A stretch of 64,000 bases of DNA from Cyanidioschyzon merolae. Its lineage: Eukaryota. Under the pieces are notes generated by a model. That model made no database searches. It was given only the letters and a program-made list of their open reading frames with translations, and was not told the origin of the DNA. This document shows, one piece after another, positions 1 through 10,576 of the stretch. The stretch lies in NCBI GenBank assembly GCA_000091205.1, contig AP006501.2; one strand, 5' to 3'. Every line of letters starts with the position of its first letter. Positions within the stretch are counted from its first letter, which is position 1. A program made the translations under genes and the position numbers.

Positions 1-985
1 AATATCGTAACCATCGCTGTGCCCAAGCGTCCGGTAGATGGTACTGACGGCAACTTATGTCAGAAAGACATGCGGCTTTTAAAGCTCTCGAGAGCGAGAT
101 ACTATCGAGAATCCGGTATGATGAATGGAAGAAAGAAAACTGAGATATGGAATGCAGGATTGAAAGAGCACTTGGGAGCTTTGAGCGAGGTGACGAGCCG
201 CGGAACGGACTTTCAGGCTTTTCTGAAATTCATGGAAGTTCGCTTTGCTCATTGGGAGGCGCTGTGGGAGGAGTATGCAAAGCCCCGGTGGGCTCGTTTG
301 CGTATGAACTTGTATTGTGGTAAGCAGCGGGCGTTTGCCAACTTTTCAATCAGTTGAGTGCCTTGAAGGAGGATCAAAGTCAGAGGTTCGTTGTGGCATA
401 CGGAGCAGGGCGTTGGAAGACCCAAAAAGGTACTACGCCAGCTCCAACGACGAGAACGTACAAGGAGTGTGCACGGCGTTTCGTTACGATACCTGTATGT
501 GAGTTCCGAACGTCCTATACATACCATGAACTGGGCTGTACACTTCAGAGAGTGGAGATAGAAAAGTGCCAGAGGAGCCCCGAGGATATAGCAAAGTGCG
601 GACCGCTGACGGAAGAGCAAATGGAAAGGAGGGCGAAAGTTCGTGGCCTACTCGCATTAGTAAGTACAACTCCCAACGGCAAGAAACGGATGGAGTTTGT
701 TAACCGAGATTTTAACGCCGCTATCAATATACGGAGATGCGCGGTGATGGAGAAAAGACCTCCAGAGCTGACAAGTGAGAATTTTGTTGGACAATCTCTT
801 AAAGTGGAACTATATGAGAAAAAATTTGAACCAGCCGTGGGTGGCCGGTCGAGAAGAACGGGGAGACGACTGCACGTTAGACGGAGACGTCTTGTCTAGG
901 GCGGGTTTCTCGCCACTACTGTAAACCGCTTGCGGCAGCGTTTTTCTTTGAAAGGCGTGCGGTGGTATCACGTGCACAAAGCCAC
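1..985 (+). mobile_element. Decayed TnpB/Fanzor-like element, copy A (3' part; runs off the left window edge). Includes ~85 nt of conserved sequence after the stop codon
   Basis: Frames 19..357 and 354..899 together read as a frameshifted TnpB-type C-terminus: 'TYKECARRFVTIPVCEFRTSYTYHELGC' matches the L-YKA..G..V.V.P.YTSQ.C..CG block, followed by 'C..C...CG' and 'FVNRDFNAAINI' (the RuvC-III D-x-NAA-x-NI signature). It is about 75% aa and up to 90% nt identical to an inverted copy at 29290-30300. The frame breaks near 319-354. Confidence 0.5.
354..899 (+). pseudogene. TnpB/Fanzor-like RuvC-II / Zn-ribbon / RuvC-III region. It uses a TTG start, lacks an upstream RuvC-I in frame, and is probably inactive
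   Basis: C-terminal motif 'KKRMEFVNRDFNAAINIRRCAV' plus a basic tail. The expected RuvC-II Glu is not evident ('FVVAYGAG'). The upstream part sits in another frame. Confidence 0.5.
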
Positions 986-1085
986 ACGCTATTGCCTTCT
1001 CGTGCGTGCTGCGTTTCAATATTTATAGCCGAGTTGGCCCGCTTCGATTCCGTTGCTGAAGCCGCGGTCGATAAGCGCAGAGCTG

Positions 1086-3391
1086 ATGAGCGATGTTTCG
1101 CTCCAAGGTGCGGAAAACGTCTCTCCTGTGCGTGAGCAGTTTCAGCAGCCTACGTCTAGTGCAGCAGATCCGCGAGAGCCCGCGGTCGGCAGCCGAGACT
1201 CAGCCGGCTACCCCCGAGAGCACAACGTTACCCCAGGTGTTCGGTCTAGTTCGGGTACGCAGCATGAGCGTCAGCGGACTGCGGCTTTAGCGGCCTGTGT
1301 TCGAGCGCTCGGCTGTTTCGGTGGTGCGCGAAACTCTCAATGGACGCAGGCCCAGGCGAAGCGGGAAACGACGACAGGCGCTACGGACCAATCAGCGGAA
1401 CCGTCGGTCCCGTGCGAGTCGAAAGTCGGGTCAGCAGTTGCGACTGAAAATACTGAGGACGTGCTGGGTGCTGTTGACGGCGACCACGGCGCCCCGGCCG
1501 ACGTGGACGCGGAGCGTTCTTCAGAGGTTTCTTCGGCGAGCGAGGAGCTTCCATTTCGCTCCCTGTATCGGCGGGCGCAGGTGAAATGGGCCCGCCGGCG
1601 ACTCGAGAAGCAGGTTCAGAAGCTGCTTGCATTTACCTCCACACAGCTTAGTAACCTGCAGCATGTTCGTTCCGGACAAAAGTTGGATGCCGAGTTTGCG
1701 ATCCTCGCACGAATATATACCAATGCACATATCGACGAGGATTTCGCAAGGTTTAGTCGTCAGGAGTTTCGAACCTTCGCGGAGCACTTGCCGCTGTTTC
1801 TGAATTACTTGTTGCATTCGCGGCCGCTCGATGCGCCGGCGACGAGCGCAGCGCAACGCAACGCCTGGCGAGAAGTTGCCTCTTCGACGAGAGAGCGCAT
1901 CCGCCGCCATCAGAATACTCGCAAGCTAATCGAGACGCATTTGTTGCGGCGCTGTAGCGAGTCTGTGCGTTTCGCCCTATTTGTTTATTGGTATTTGGAT
2001 GGTTGTCTGCAGCTTGGACCTGAATCGGACCGGAAGGATACCCTCCGAATTATTATTGAGATTGAGAACATCATGTCGAGGAGCATCACATGCGCGACGC
2101 CCTCTTCACAGGTCGCTGGGGCACGCCCCCCGGTCAAGTCGTTCATGGCGTCGGATACGCCGGACGCGGCGACAGCGGACTCGGCCCCGGCGACATGGAG
2201 CCCCGGTGCTGCGCTTGCGGCTCCCGCCGGTGAAGTGCTCAGCCCAGCAGACGCTGCCGACGTTGGGTCTGTTGAGAGGATCGTGCACCAGCGCGCGATC
2301 GTCCATGAGATCGGTAACGAGTCTCGAGGCGAGGGCGTCTTCAGAGATCGCATGCTGCAGGATGAGACATGTTTGGCAGGCATCCTACCTGCAGAGCATA
2401 CGATCGCAGTGGATCTCGACGCGGATGCAGCTGACTGTGCAGTGCGCTCTGCGGACTGCAGTTTTCCAGAGGCGCCTGGCGTTCAGTCAACGACAGAACA
2501 AGAGCCGCGCATGCTCGCCCAGTCAAGCTTGATGTCGAATACGCGCGTTTTTCCACGAGAATCCATAGAAACTGGCCCTGAACGGGAGATAAGTTTCGCA
2601 TATGTTTCCCGTGGTAATCTTTTTCATGCACAGCTAGATTTTATGCGCGCGCTCATATCCATCTCCGAATTGGCGCTAGGCCTGAATCGATCGCAAAGAT
2701 CACGATTCGTCGTGAGGGAACTAGGCCGCCTGAACGCGCTTGTGGAAGCAGAGCGGCGATATGTTTTTCTGCCAACGGAGCGCATTCCACACCGGGTGCT
2801 TCGCATCCTCGCAGACGAGTCACATGTGTTCTCGACAAAGGAACATGCGCCGTACCTGGCCATTGTCGAAGTGCAGGATCTGGAGTCAACCAAGCTCGCA
2901 GAGCGCGAGCCCCGCAAGACATTGGCACGCACCATTGGCGATTGGCTGCATCGGGCAGGAGAGTATCGCCCGCGAGCGCCCCGCTCCGAACAACGACATA
3001 CAATGACCTGGTTCGCTTCACCACGCGGCACCGAAGCCGTCAAATCCCCTGAAAGCGGTCTCGCAGCAGCAACATCACCAGCGACGACTCCCGATCCACC
3101 GACAAGCCCAGCGTCGCGAAGCGCACCCGCTGTCGATACGCCTTCACCTGCAGGAGAGGAGCTTTCACAGAGCCGTGGCGGGAAAAACGCCTCCGTGTCC
3201 GAGAAACGCAGTGCACGCACGCGATTGCACGCACAGGAGCGTCACGCACGGAATCGCGCCCTGCATGGCGTCGCGAATGCGGCGGCGCATTCACTGACGT
3301 TTCCTGGCCCTAATCAGGCGGAGGCACCGTTCCCATTCTCAACGCGAACAGGCACGGATGCCGCTGAGCTACCACCGATGACCCATCGGTC

Positions 3392-3429
<38 letters not shown>

Positions 3430-4529
3430 GTCTACGAGCGGACGGCGTCGGTTCCAGTCATCCAAATCTTGAGACTGCAGCTGCTTCGGCGACGGGTGAC
3501 GGGATGACTGCATCGATGCCTGCATGTAGCGAAGCACAGGATGCGCGGGATCTTGGAGCGGAACTGGAATCTGGTGAAATCAAAAACGCTTTGGCGGAAT
3601 CGCGTGAAGCATGCTCGACACCGACCAGTGTTGGCAGCGATCGTTGGCGACGTCTCTTTGGGGAGCGCTGGGCTGAAAGGGTTCAGCGTTTGCAGCAGAC
3701 GTCACCATTTGGCCGCATGCCCGGTTGGCGACTGACCTCTGTAATCGTGAAAAGCAAGGACCAACTGCGACAGGAAATGTTTGCAACCATGTTGATTGCT
3801 GAGTTTGCGCGCATCTTTGAGTCAGCTCGTCTTGACGTTTGGCTATGTCCGTACCGCATTGTTGCAACTGGGGCCGATTGCGGATTCGTGCAAGTAATCC
3901 CCGATGCGCCCTCCATTGATCAGATCAAGAAAGCTTTCCACGGTAACATGACGCTTTCTGGCTATTTTGAGGAACGGTTCGGAGCGCGCGGCAGCGCTAC
4001 ACATCGCTTGGCGGTTCGCAACTTTGTGAAAAGCATGGCCGCATACTCCGTTATCACATATCTCCTGAACATCAAAGATCGACACAACGGAAACCTGCTC
4101 ATTGATGCTGAAGGCCATATCATCCACATTGACTTTGGATTCTTCTTCACCAATTCACCTGGTGGCAATATCGAGTTCGAGAAGGCTCCCTTCAAACTCA
4201 CCTGGGAACTTGCCGATGTGATGGGCGGCCCCGACTCGAACGCGTTCCGCCTATTCCGACGACTCTGCGGGCATGCTTACGCCGAGGCCTGTGCGCATCG
4301 AAACAAGATCATGCTCATGGTAGAGTTCATGATGATGGGAAATGAGTCGCTGCCGTGCTTCCGCGGCGGGGCCGACCTCACCCTCGAGCAACTGCGAGAG
4401 CGGTTCATGCCGCGCCAGACCCGTGTCAAACGCATTGCGCACATGAACGCGCTTATCGATCGAAGCAGTAACCATTGGACGACGAGATTTTACGATCGCT
4501 ATCAGCGGTGCTGTACTGGAATTTATTAG
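1086..4529 (+). CDS. Phosphatidylinositol 4-kinase, PI4KIII-beta/Pik1 type, with a long low-complexity N-terminal region including poly-Gln
   Basis: C-terminal PI3/4-kinase catalytic domain: '...NIKDRHNGNLLIDAEGHIIHIDFGFFF...'. The ORF opens at TTG 1053 and the first ATG is 1086. Q12 run at 3398-3433. Confidence 0.85.
3398..3433 (+). repeat. (CAACAG)n / CAG-type trinucleotide repeat encoding poly-Gln inside the PI4K gene
   Basis: 'caacagcaacagcaacagcaacagcaacag' is visible and translates to QQQQQQQQQQQQ. Confidence 0.9.
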
Positions 4530-5417
4530 CTCCACGGTAAATGAGAGATCTCAATGGCTGGTATACACACTGGACAACGAGAACGGTCACCGTTCGGGTC
4601 GGGTCCGACCCTATACCGAAGTCCTGTCGCACGATACGCTGGACAGGTGCACTGCTGATGCGGACGAAGGCACCCCAGTCGAGTGCTGCACGTCGCGACG
4701 GTATGGCAAGCATCACCAACTTGCCGTCCAGTGGGTGCTCGGATTTCCGCTAAGCGAATCATTTAGATTTGTCGAGCGGCTGCGTCGCAGCCAGCGAAGG
4801 CAGGTCGAGTAGCAAGCGAATATATCGCGTGGCTCGCTACCCGGATGCCCGGACCCCAGTGCAGGTATCCTGTACGAGCGCGATCTGCTGTCGCAGACGC
4901 TCGCTACGCATGGGCGTTAGGTTCAGGCAGAAAAGCGACAGGCCAGTTCTCGATACAGCGACACGGCACAAGCAACGGAACGGAACACAAGCGTACTTAC
5001 CGAATGACGAGGCCCGAAGCCATGAGTCGCCGCTCTTGGTTCGGAGCACGCACGCACGCACACCATCACCCGCAGCAGTCTGACAACGATGCGTACGGCG
5101 TTGCAGTGTCCTAGTCGGGGCTCAAGGACACCCGCGGATGACCACTGGGAAGTGCAGGCGTCGTTTACGCGGAGCTGCTCGCGGACTGGCGAGCGGTTTG
5201 CCGGGCTCGTCGCGACACTGCGCGTGCCAACATGGACTGGGCGCCCGTCCGACTTGCGCTGAGCCTCGAGCCTGGTACAGCGCCGATGCGAACACGTGGA
5301 ACACAGAGGCCCACTCCTCTGGCAATGCTCGTCAATAGCATCCGCATGTAGACGGGTCAGCTTTGATGACGTTTTCTGAAGGCTGCCTTCCACAGAAACA
5401 CTGCCCGCTTCGATGTA

Positions 5418-5603
5418 CTACCCTGAACCAGATCGCAGTTTCCCGTGCCAGTATCGAATGCAAGCACTGTACCAGACAGTGCACCGACTGCAATTGACTC
5501 CAGACTATCCTGAACCAGATCGCCGTTTCCCGTGCCAGTATCGGAGGCAATCACTGTACCAGAAAGTGCACCGACTGCAATTGGATGTGTCTGGGTGCCG
5601 AGC
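5418..5603. repeat. Tandem duplication, 2 x ~93 bp, about 88% identical
   Basis: Unit 'cctgaaccagatcgc(a/c)gtttcccgtgccagtatcg(a/g)a(t/g)gcaa(g/t)cactgtaccaga(c/a)agtgcaccgactgcaattg' occurs twice back-to-back. It lies intergenic, ~850 bp upstream of the ArsS-like gene. Confidence 0.8.
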
Positions 5604-6447
5604 AACCACTGCAGCATATAATGAACTCGGAGACGAGCTCATCGCCGCACCTCCCTGGTAAGAACGCCCCAAGCAACAATCAAGCACTCTGATGGGCAAA
5701 GCGATATGAAAACAAGCGGGCTCCTCTTTGAAGCTTCAGTACGAGCATCTGTATCCAAGCGTGTGTACATCGACGCCCGCTCGTGATGCGGCGACTCCGC
5801 ATGAAAAATTCCAACTGCATTACAGAGACACCGAGGCGCTGTGGGTGCCCATTGTCAGCAGGGGTATCTCAATGGACGCTCAGAACATCGAGCATCGGGC
5901 GACATCGTCATGCATCCGGGCAAGTGCCGTTTCCGAAGCACAGAAGCGCTCGCATGCCGCTGTCCAGCGGATAGACGACGACAGGTGCAACTGCGGATGC
6001 CGCGCGCAAAAGATACAAACAAGACATATATGCTCCAAATTAGATATAAAGGACCAAGCTGTTGACGGGCGCATCTGGCGCGCCACCACGCCGCCTTCAC
6101 GACCGCGCTGGGTGCTACCCGACACCCCCGAACGTCTACCTCAGCGGCTGGGATTCCCTGCCGGAATCCTTCGCAGGTTCCGGACCAGAACAGAACGATT
6201 CACCCTATCTTTGCTGTCTTCGTTCGCTTACTTCTTCCATTCAACGCCACAAAGAGGTGACATGTACAGAAACTGTTTTGTAAGTCAAGGTTTCGCGGGG
6301 AAGTGCAGCGCCCCCGCAAAGCACCGCACGGCGAGCGCGTGGTGCAGGTGCCGTGGTGCACGTGGCGCCAGCTGGGCACCCTGCTTCAGAAACCGGTGCG
6401 CACCGCGGCGAACTGCGCGTGAAACTCGGCTCGGCCGTCTCGCAGCG

Positions 6448-7452
6448 ATGTTTCCGAGCGAAGACGCCGGAGAAAACGTTTTCGAAAAGCACATCGGGAG
6501 GCCGCTCTTTCACGAGAACCCAACCACGCTCCAAATTAACATCGGTTTGACCTGCAACATGGCGTGCAGTCATTGCCACGTTGAGTCGTCGCCAAACCGC
6601 AGGGAAACCATGTCCTTCGAGGTTGCCGACAGGATCCTAGAGCTCCTACGGAACTCCTGGTTCATCGAAACAGTGGATATTACTGGCGGTGCGCCCGAAA
6701 TGCACGACGCCTTTCGGTACCTGATCAGGCAGATACGCACGCACATACCGCATGTGCGAACCATCTACGATCGCTGCAACCTGACCATTCTTCGACAAAT
6801 AGAACAGTACGACTTGGTGGAATTCCTCAAACGACACCAAGTGGATATTATAGCTTCACTCCCGTGCTACGTTGAAGAGAACGTCGATCGACAACGTGGA
6901 AACACGGCTTATCGGAGGAGCATTGCGGCTTTGCTCGAGCTGAACCGTGCTGGATACGGTCTGCCCAATTCACCACATCACCTGCATCTGGTTTACAACC
7001 CGCTGGGTCCGTACTTGCCACCGAATCAACTTGGACTGGAAATCCAGTACCACGAGTATTTGTACCGTAATTTTGGCATATTCTTCAATCGACTGATCTG
7101 TATCACGAACATGCCCATCAAAAGATTCCTCGACGATCTCTGTCGGACCGGCTACTACGAAGCGTACATGGAACTGTTGGTCAACAGCTGTAACCTCGCT
7201 GCAGTGGACGGTGTCATGTGTCTCGACCAGATCCATGTGTCTTACGACGGGACGCTCCATGACTGCGATTTCAACTACGCGCTGGAGATGCCGGTGTGCT
7301 GGGGTCATCCTGATGACCCTGGTCCCCAGACCATCTTTGATTTGCAGCGTAGCTTCGATGAAGTCGCCGGAAAACAGATTCGAACGGGTGTGCACTGCTT
7401 TGGATGCACGGCGGGGAACGGATCGAGCTGTACCGGGGCGATCGTCACTTAG
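6448..7452 (+). CDS. arsS: Radical SAM/Cys-rich-domain protein of the ArsS type (arsenosugar-biosynthesis radical SAM family, TIGR04167/DUF3641-like)
   Basis: 'LQINIGLTCNMACSHCHVE' is the CxxxCxxC radical-SAM cluster in the ArsS-typical context. The Cys-rich C-terminus reads 'CLDQIHVSYDGTLHDCDFNY...CFGCTAGNGSSCTG'. Length ~334 aa fits ArsS. The upstream 240 codons of ORF 5728.. are low-complexity with no homology, so the start is set at ATG 6448. Confidence 0.75.
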   Translation: MFPSEDAGENVFEKHIGRPLFHENPTTLQINIGLTCNMACSHCHVESSPNRRETMSFEVADRILELLRNSWFIETVDITGGAPEMHDAFRYLIRQIRTHIPHVRTIYDRCNLTILRQIEQYDLVEFLKRHQVDIIASLPCYVEENVDRQRGNTAYRRSIAALLELNRAGYGLPNSPHHLHLVYNPLGPYLPPNQLGLEIQYHEYLYRNFGIFFNRLICITNMPIKRFLDDLCRTGYYEAYMELLVNSCNLAAVDGVMCLDQIHVSYDGTLHDCDFNYALEMPVCWGHPDDPGPQTIFDLQRSFDEVAGKQIRTGVHCFGCTAGNGSSCTGAIVT

Positions 7453-8206
7453 GTTCGCGTGCAACCTTGGCGGGCGATACGAGCGCGCACCGAGTGAACT
7501 GGTGAATGCAGAACCGCTCGCGCGCTGCCGGATCTGCAACACCAACCTTGTGGGGTCCAGATGCCTCTTGTGCTTCATGTGTCGACGCGACGCCATAAAG
7601 AGGGCTATGTACCGGCATGTCGCTTCATGAATATGATGCAGAGCGTGTGAGAGCATCCGTACGAAACTCTGCATGCATCACGCGGATGAGGGACGCTCCC
7701 CCATCGATAGCTGCAAGCCTGGTGCCGCTGTGTGACGTTTGATGCCTGGAGCGTCGCTTTCAAACGAACAAACGAACGAGCGAGCGAGTCCCGTTGACCT
7801 TGGACAACGCGCCGCCGACTCTACGCGTGCGAATAAGAAACCGACCGGTATGCACTGGACGTTGAGGTCGAGTCAGAGGCAGGCGCACCTTGCATCCGTT
7901 TCCAGCGTTGCTTTCCCGGTCGTCGGGTATCCAGGGATTGCGTCCCTGGTTATTCACGGTGAGGCGAGTACGGAAAGCATCAGAGGTTCTGCGCTATGGG
8001 ACAGAAACCGCGCACGGATGAACAGCCGCCATCATGTTTACGCATCCGCAGTGCTATAACCCGCTTGTTCCACCGCGGCATCCGAACGAACCCAAACGAG
8101 TCCCTGTTTCGAAGTAGACGCGAACACCTACGTACAAAGCGAGCGAGGCGTGCACCAAACTGGACGCATCCACTGCTTGAGCAGGCGCAGTCCCTCTGAC
8201 GCAGAC

Positions 8207-9712
8207 TCAGCGAGTCACCACAATATCATCAATTTTGAGAATCATTCGCGCTGCCTCGGTGGCCAAGGTAAAAGCGCTCGAGCTGACCAGGGTCGGCTGG
8301 ACGACGTGTTCGCTCAACATGTTGGCAACGACGCCGCCGCTCCGCCGAATATGGATGCCAACGCTCTTCTCACCGCGAACGTGCCGGTTCCGGAGCTCGG
8401 TGATTACCTGGATCGGGTTGAGTCCCGCGTTCTCCGCTAAGGTGTACGGGATCGTTTCCAGAGCTTCCGCGTAGCTTTTCACACAGTAGGCTTTGGCGCC
8501 ACTCAGCGTTTTCGCCCATTCTCCGAGACGCACACTGACTTCGGTCTCGACTGCTGCCCCGCCGGGAACGAGGCTGCGTTTCCGAACGAGTGACCGAACC
8601 ACACAGAGCGCATCATGCAGGGAACGTTCCGCTTCGTCCAAGATGAGTTGATTGGATCCTCTTAGCACAATGGTCATCGTCTGTGGCAGATTCGAGGTTC
8701 CAGCAGGCAAACTCGTCCAGAAAGCTGGCCGCTCCGACGAGCCATCGGGCAACATCGAGAGGCCGTTGGTATTGCTCGCGAGCGCGGCAGCCGTTGCTGC
8801 CGCCGCAGGACCCTGCACGAAACGTACGATCTTTTCGTCCCCACTGTCAAGTGCGACCTCTTCAACGACGTCGACTTTGGCGAGCTTGTCCGCGGTGAAT
8901 GTGTCCAGGCCGGCAATCGGAACACAACCTAGCGTCTTGCAGATAAATCCCACTTGATCCCGTTCAATATCGCGCACCACCATGATTTTCATTTTGGCAA
9001 GGTAGTGTAGACTCAAATCGTTGGTCGCATCCCGTAGAATCGATTTCTGAATCAACAAAACGTTGCAGCCGGTAGCCTTGATTTTCTTGCACATTTGCAG
9101 GATATGCTGGCGCTCCTCTCGTAGTATCCGATCCATTGCCGCATAGTCCTGCACGACGACGTTGTTTTCAATATCCGTTTTTGGAGCCGACAAGCAGAAC
9201 TGGATCAATGCTACTTGCGCGTTCACGATGCGGCTTGGCCCGCCCGCGGACTTGACCACCGACTGCGTCAGGATCAGTCCTGGGTAGAGGAAAGAGTCCT
9301 CGATGGTGGAGCCGAGTTTCTTGATAATGCGGATCCGCGAGAGGTCCACCGCTTGCGGTGGTGCTTCGGTCGCTTCCGACTCGATGAAGCGACGCTCGGC
9401 TACATGCAAAACAGCATCAACAGCAATCGGTGCGAGCAAACTCGCATGCTGAGAAACTATCTTGGAGTTAAGTGCCGTTGTCGCAAGTTTCACCAGTTCG
9501 TCTCTATCCGAAAGCGAAACCGGTACCGCAATCGAATCGATAATACGGAGCGCCTCCGTGCACGCAGACTGGTACGCGTCAGAGATCGTCGTCGGATGAA
9601 TACCTCGCTCGAGGAGAAGCTGACTCGCAGCAAGCAGCGCACCGCAGATAACGACGACGGTGGTGGTTCCATCACCCGCTTCTATATCCTGCGACTTTGC
9701 CAGGTTCACCAA
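8207..9712 (-). CDS. CCT4: T-complex protein 1 subunit delta (CCT4), exon 2
   Basis: '[21 protein letters not shown]...' shows the chaperonin GDGTTT motif and carries the full equatorial/apical/equatorial domains through to the C-terminus. An acceptor AG lies immediately before 'ttggtgaacctg'. Confidence 0.85.
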   Translation of the reverse strand: [501 protein letters not shown]

Positions 9713-10078
9713 CTTTTCGTGACGAAAGTAAGCGTCCAAGGTTAGTTTTTGTTCTCAACAAGTGCGGAAAATGCACAGTCCTGATATCAACGACAACGCG
9801 CTCTACGCGAAGCGTGTCAGCGTACGCGCCGCAGAGGAAGCACACGTCGCCTCCGACGGCCACGGAACGGTGGAAGGTGCCGCCACCGGCGACGCCGAAC
9901 GCCTAGATTGCTCTCGCAAACGCGTTTAACAGCCACCCCATGAATAACAGGCTCATACTATTTCGCAGTTCGAGCCCGAACAGGGGCGCTGCAAAGATTC
10001 ATTTGCAGTTGTTCTAGGTGTTATAACGCTCAGAGACCTGAACGTCTCCGTATTTGATAGATCGGTGATCAAACTTAC
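9713..10078 (-). other. CCT4: Spliceosomal intron (366 nt) of CCT4, phase 0
   Basis: Donor 'atg|gtaagt' follows 'AAKM' (plus 10074-10079 reads 'acttac'). Acceptor '...cgaaaag|ttggtg'. The joined protein reads 'PAAKM|[15 protein letters not shown]', matching the conserved '[20 protein letters not shown]'. Confidence 0.8.
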
Positions 10079-10348
10079 CATTTTCGCAGCTGGTTCCTGC
10101 ACACCCAAGCGATCCAGAATAGTCGCACCGTCATTCGTGATCAAAACGTCCCCGCGAGCACCTTCGATCATCTTGTCCATGCCTCGCGGGCCGAGGGAGG
10201 TTCGCACCGCGTCCGCCAAGGCTTTCGCCGCAGCGATGTTCGCGACGCGCACATCCCGCGCTTTAGCAGTAGTTGCAGAGGTCGAATTATCACCAGTTCG
10301 TCCCTGTTGTCCCGAACGAATCAAAGCGGTCGCTTGGTGGTTGTTCAT
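10079..10348 (-). CDS. CCT4: T-complex protein 1 subunit delta (CCT4), exon 1 (90 codons)
   Basis: 'MNNHQ...[61 protein letters not shown]' is the canonical CCT N-terminus (LGP+GMDKM, NDGATIL). ATG at 10348. Confidence 0.85.
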
Positions 10349-10576
10349 TGGCGTCCTATTCGTTCCGCTGCGCTCGAAGAAGAGCGATACACCCCAGCGC
10401 AACGGTACCGCGGAGTACCGCGGCAGGCGCGAATGCCGCGATGGCCTCGGAAGCGCACAGGCGCGCTTCGCAGCGCTGCTGGCGAAATGCACCAGGGAAG
10501 CTGCTTCTGGGGCAGGCACTGGAGCAGTCCACGAGACCTGATAATCAGGCACAGAAGCTCGGTACGAGTCACGTTG

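Noticed and set aside
1030-1060. tRNA-like T-loop sequence 'gcttcgattccg'
   Set aside because: Flanking sequence does not form T-stem/acceptor-stem pairings and the site lies inside the PI4K 5' region. No cloverleaf could be built by eye.
5728-6447. 240-codon N-terminal extension of the ArsS-like ORF (ORF track 5728..7452)
   Set aside because: It is low-complexity and Arg/Cys-rich with no similarity to ArsS N-termini. Bacterial ArsS proteins start ~20 aa before the CxxxCxxC motif, which matches the ATG at 6448. Long open frames are expected by chance in ~60% GC DNA.
6970-7674. 234-aa minus-strand ORF antisense to the ArsS-like gene, and similar long antisense/overlapping ORFs (e.g. 1985..2383-, 2624..3220-, 24571..25566-, 50443..51102-, 61365..62189-)
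   Set aside because: They overlap well-supported genes on the opposite strand or lie in intergenic DNA. They have no recognisable domains and show the Arg/Ala/Ser-rich composition typical of spurious ORFs in GC-rich sequence.
10307-10576. Upstream 90 codons of ORF 10307..11104 as part of the thioredoxin gene
   Set aside because: This stretch overlaps CCT4 exon 1 on the opposite strand (10079-10348) and has no Trx homology. The thioredoxin start was placed at the first plausible ATG (10577) or later.
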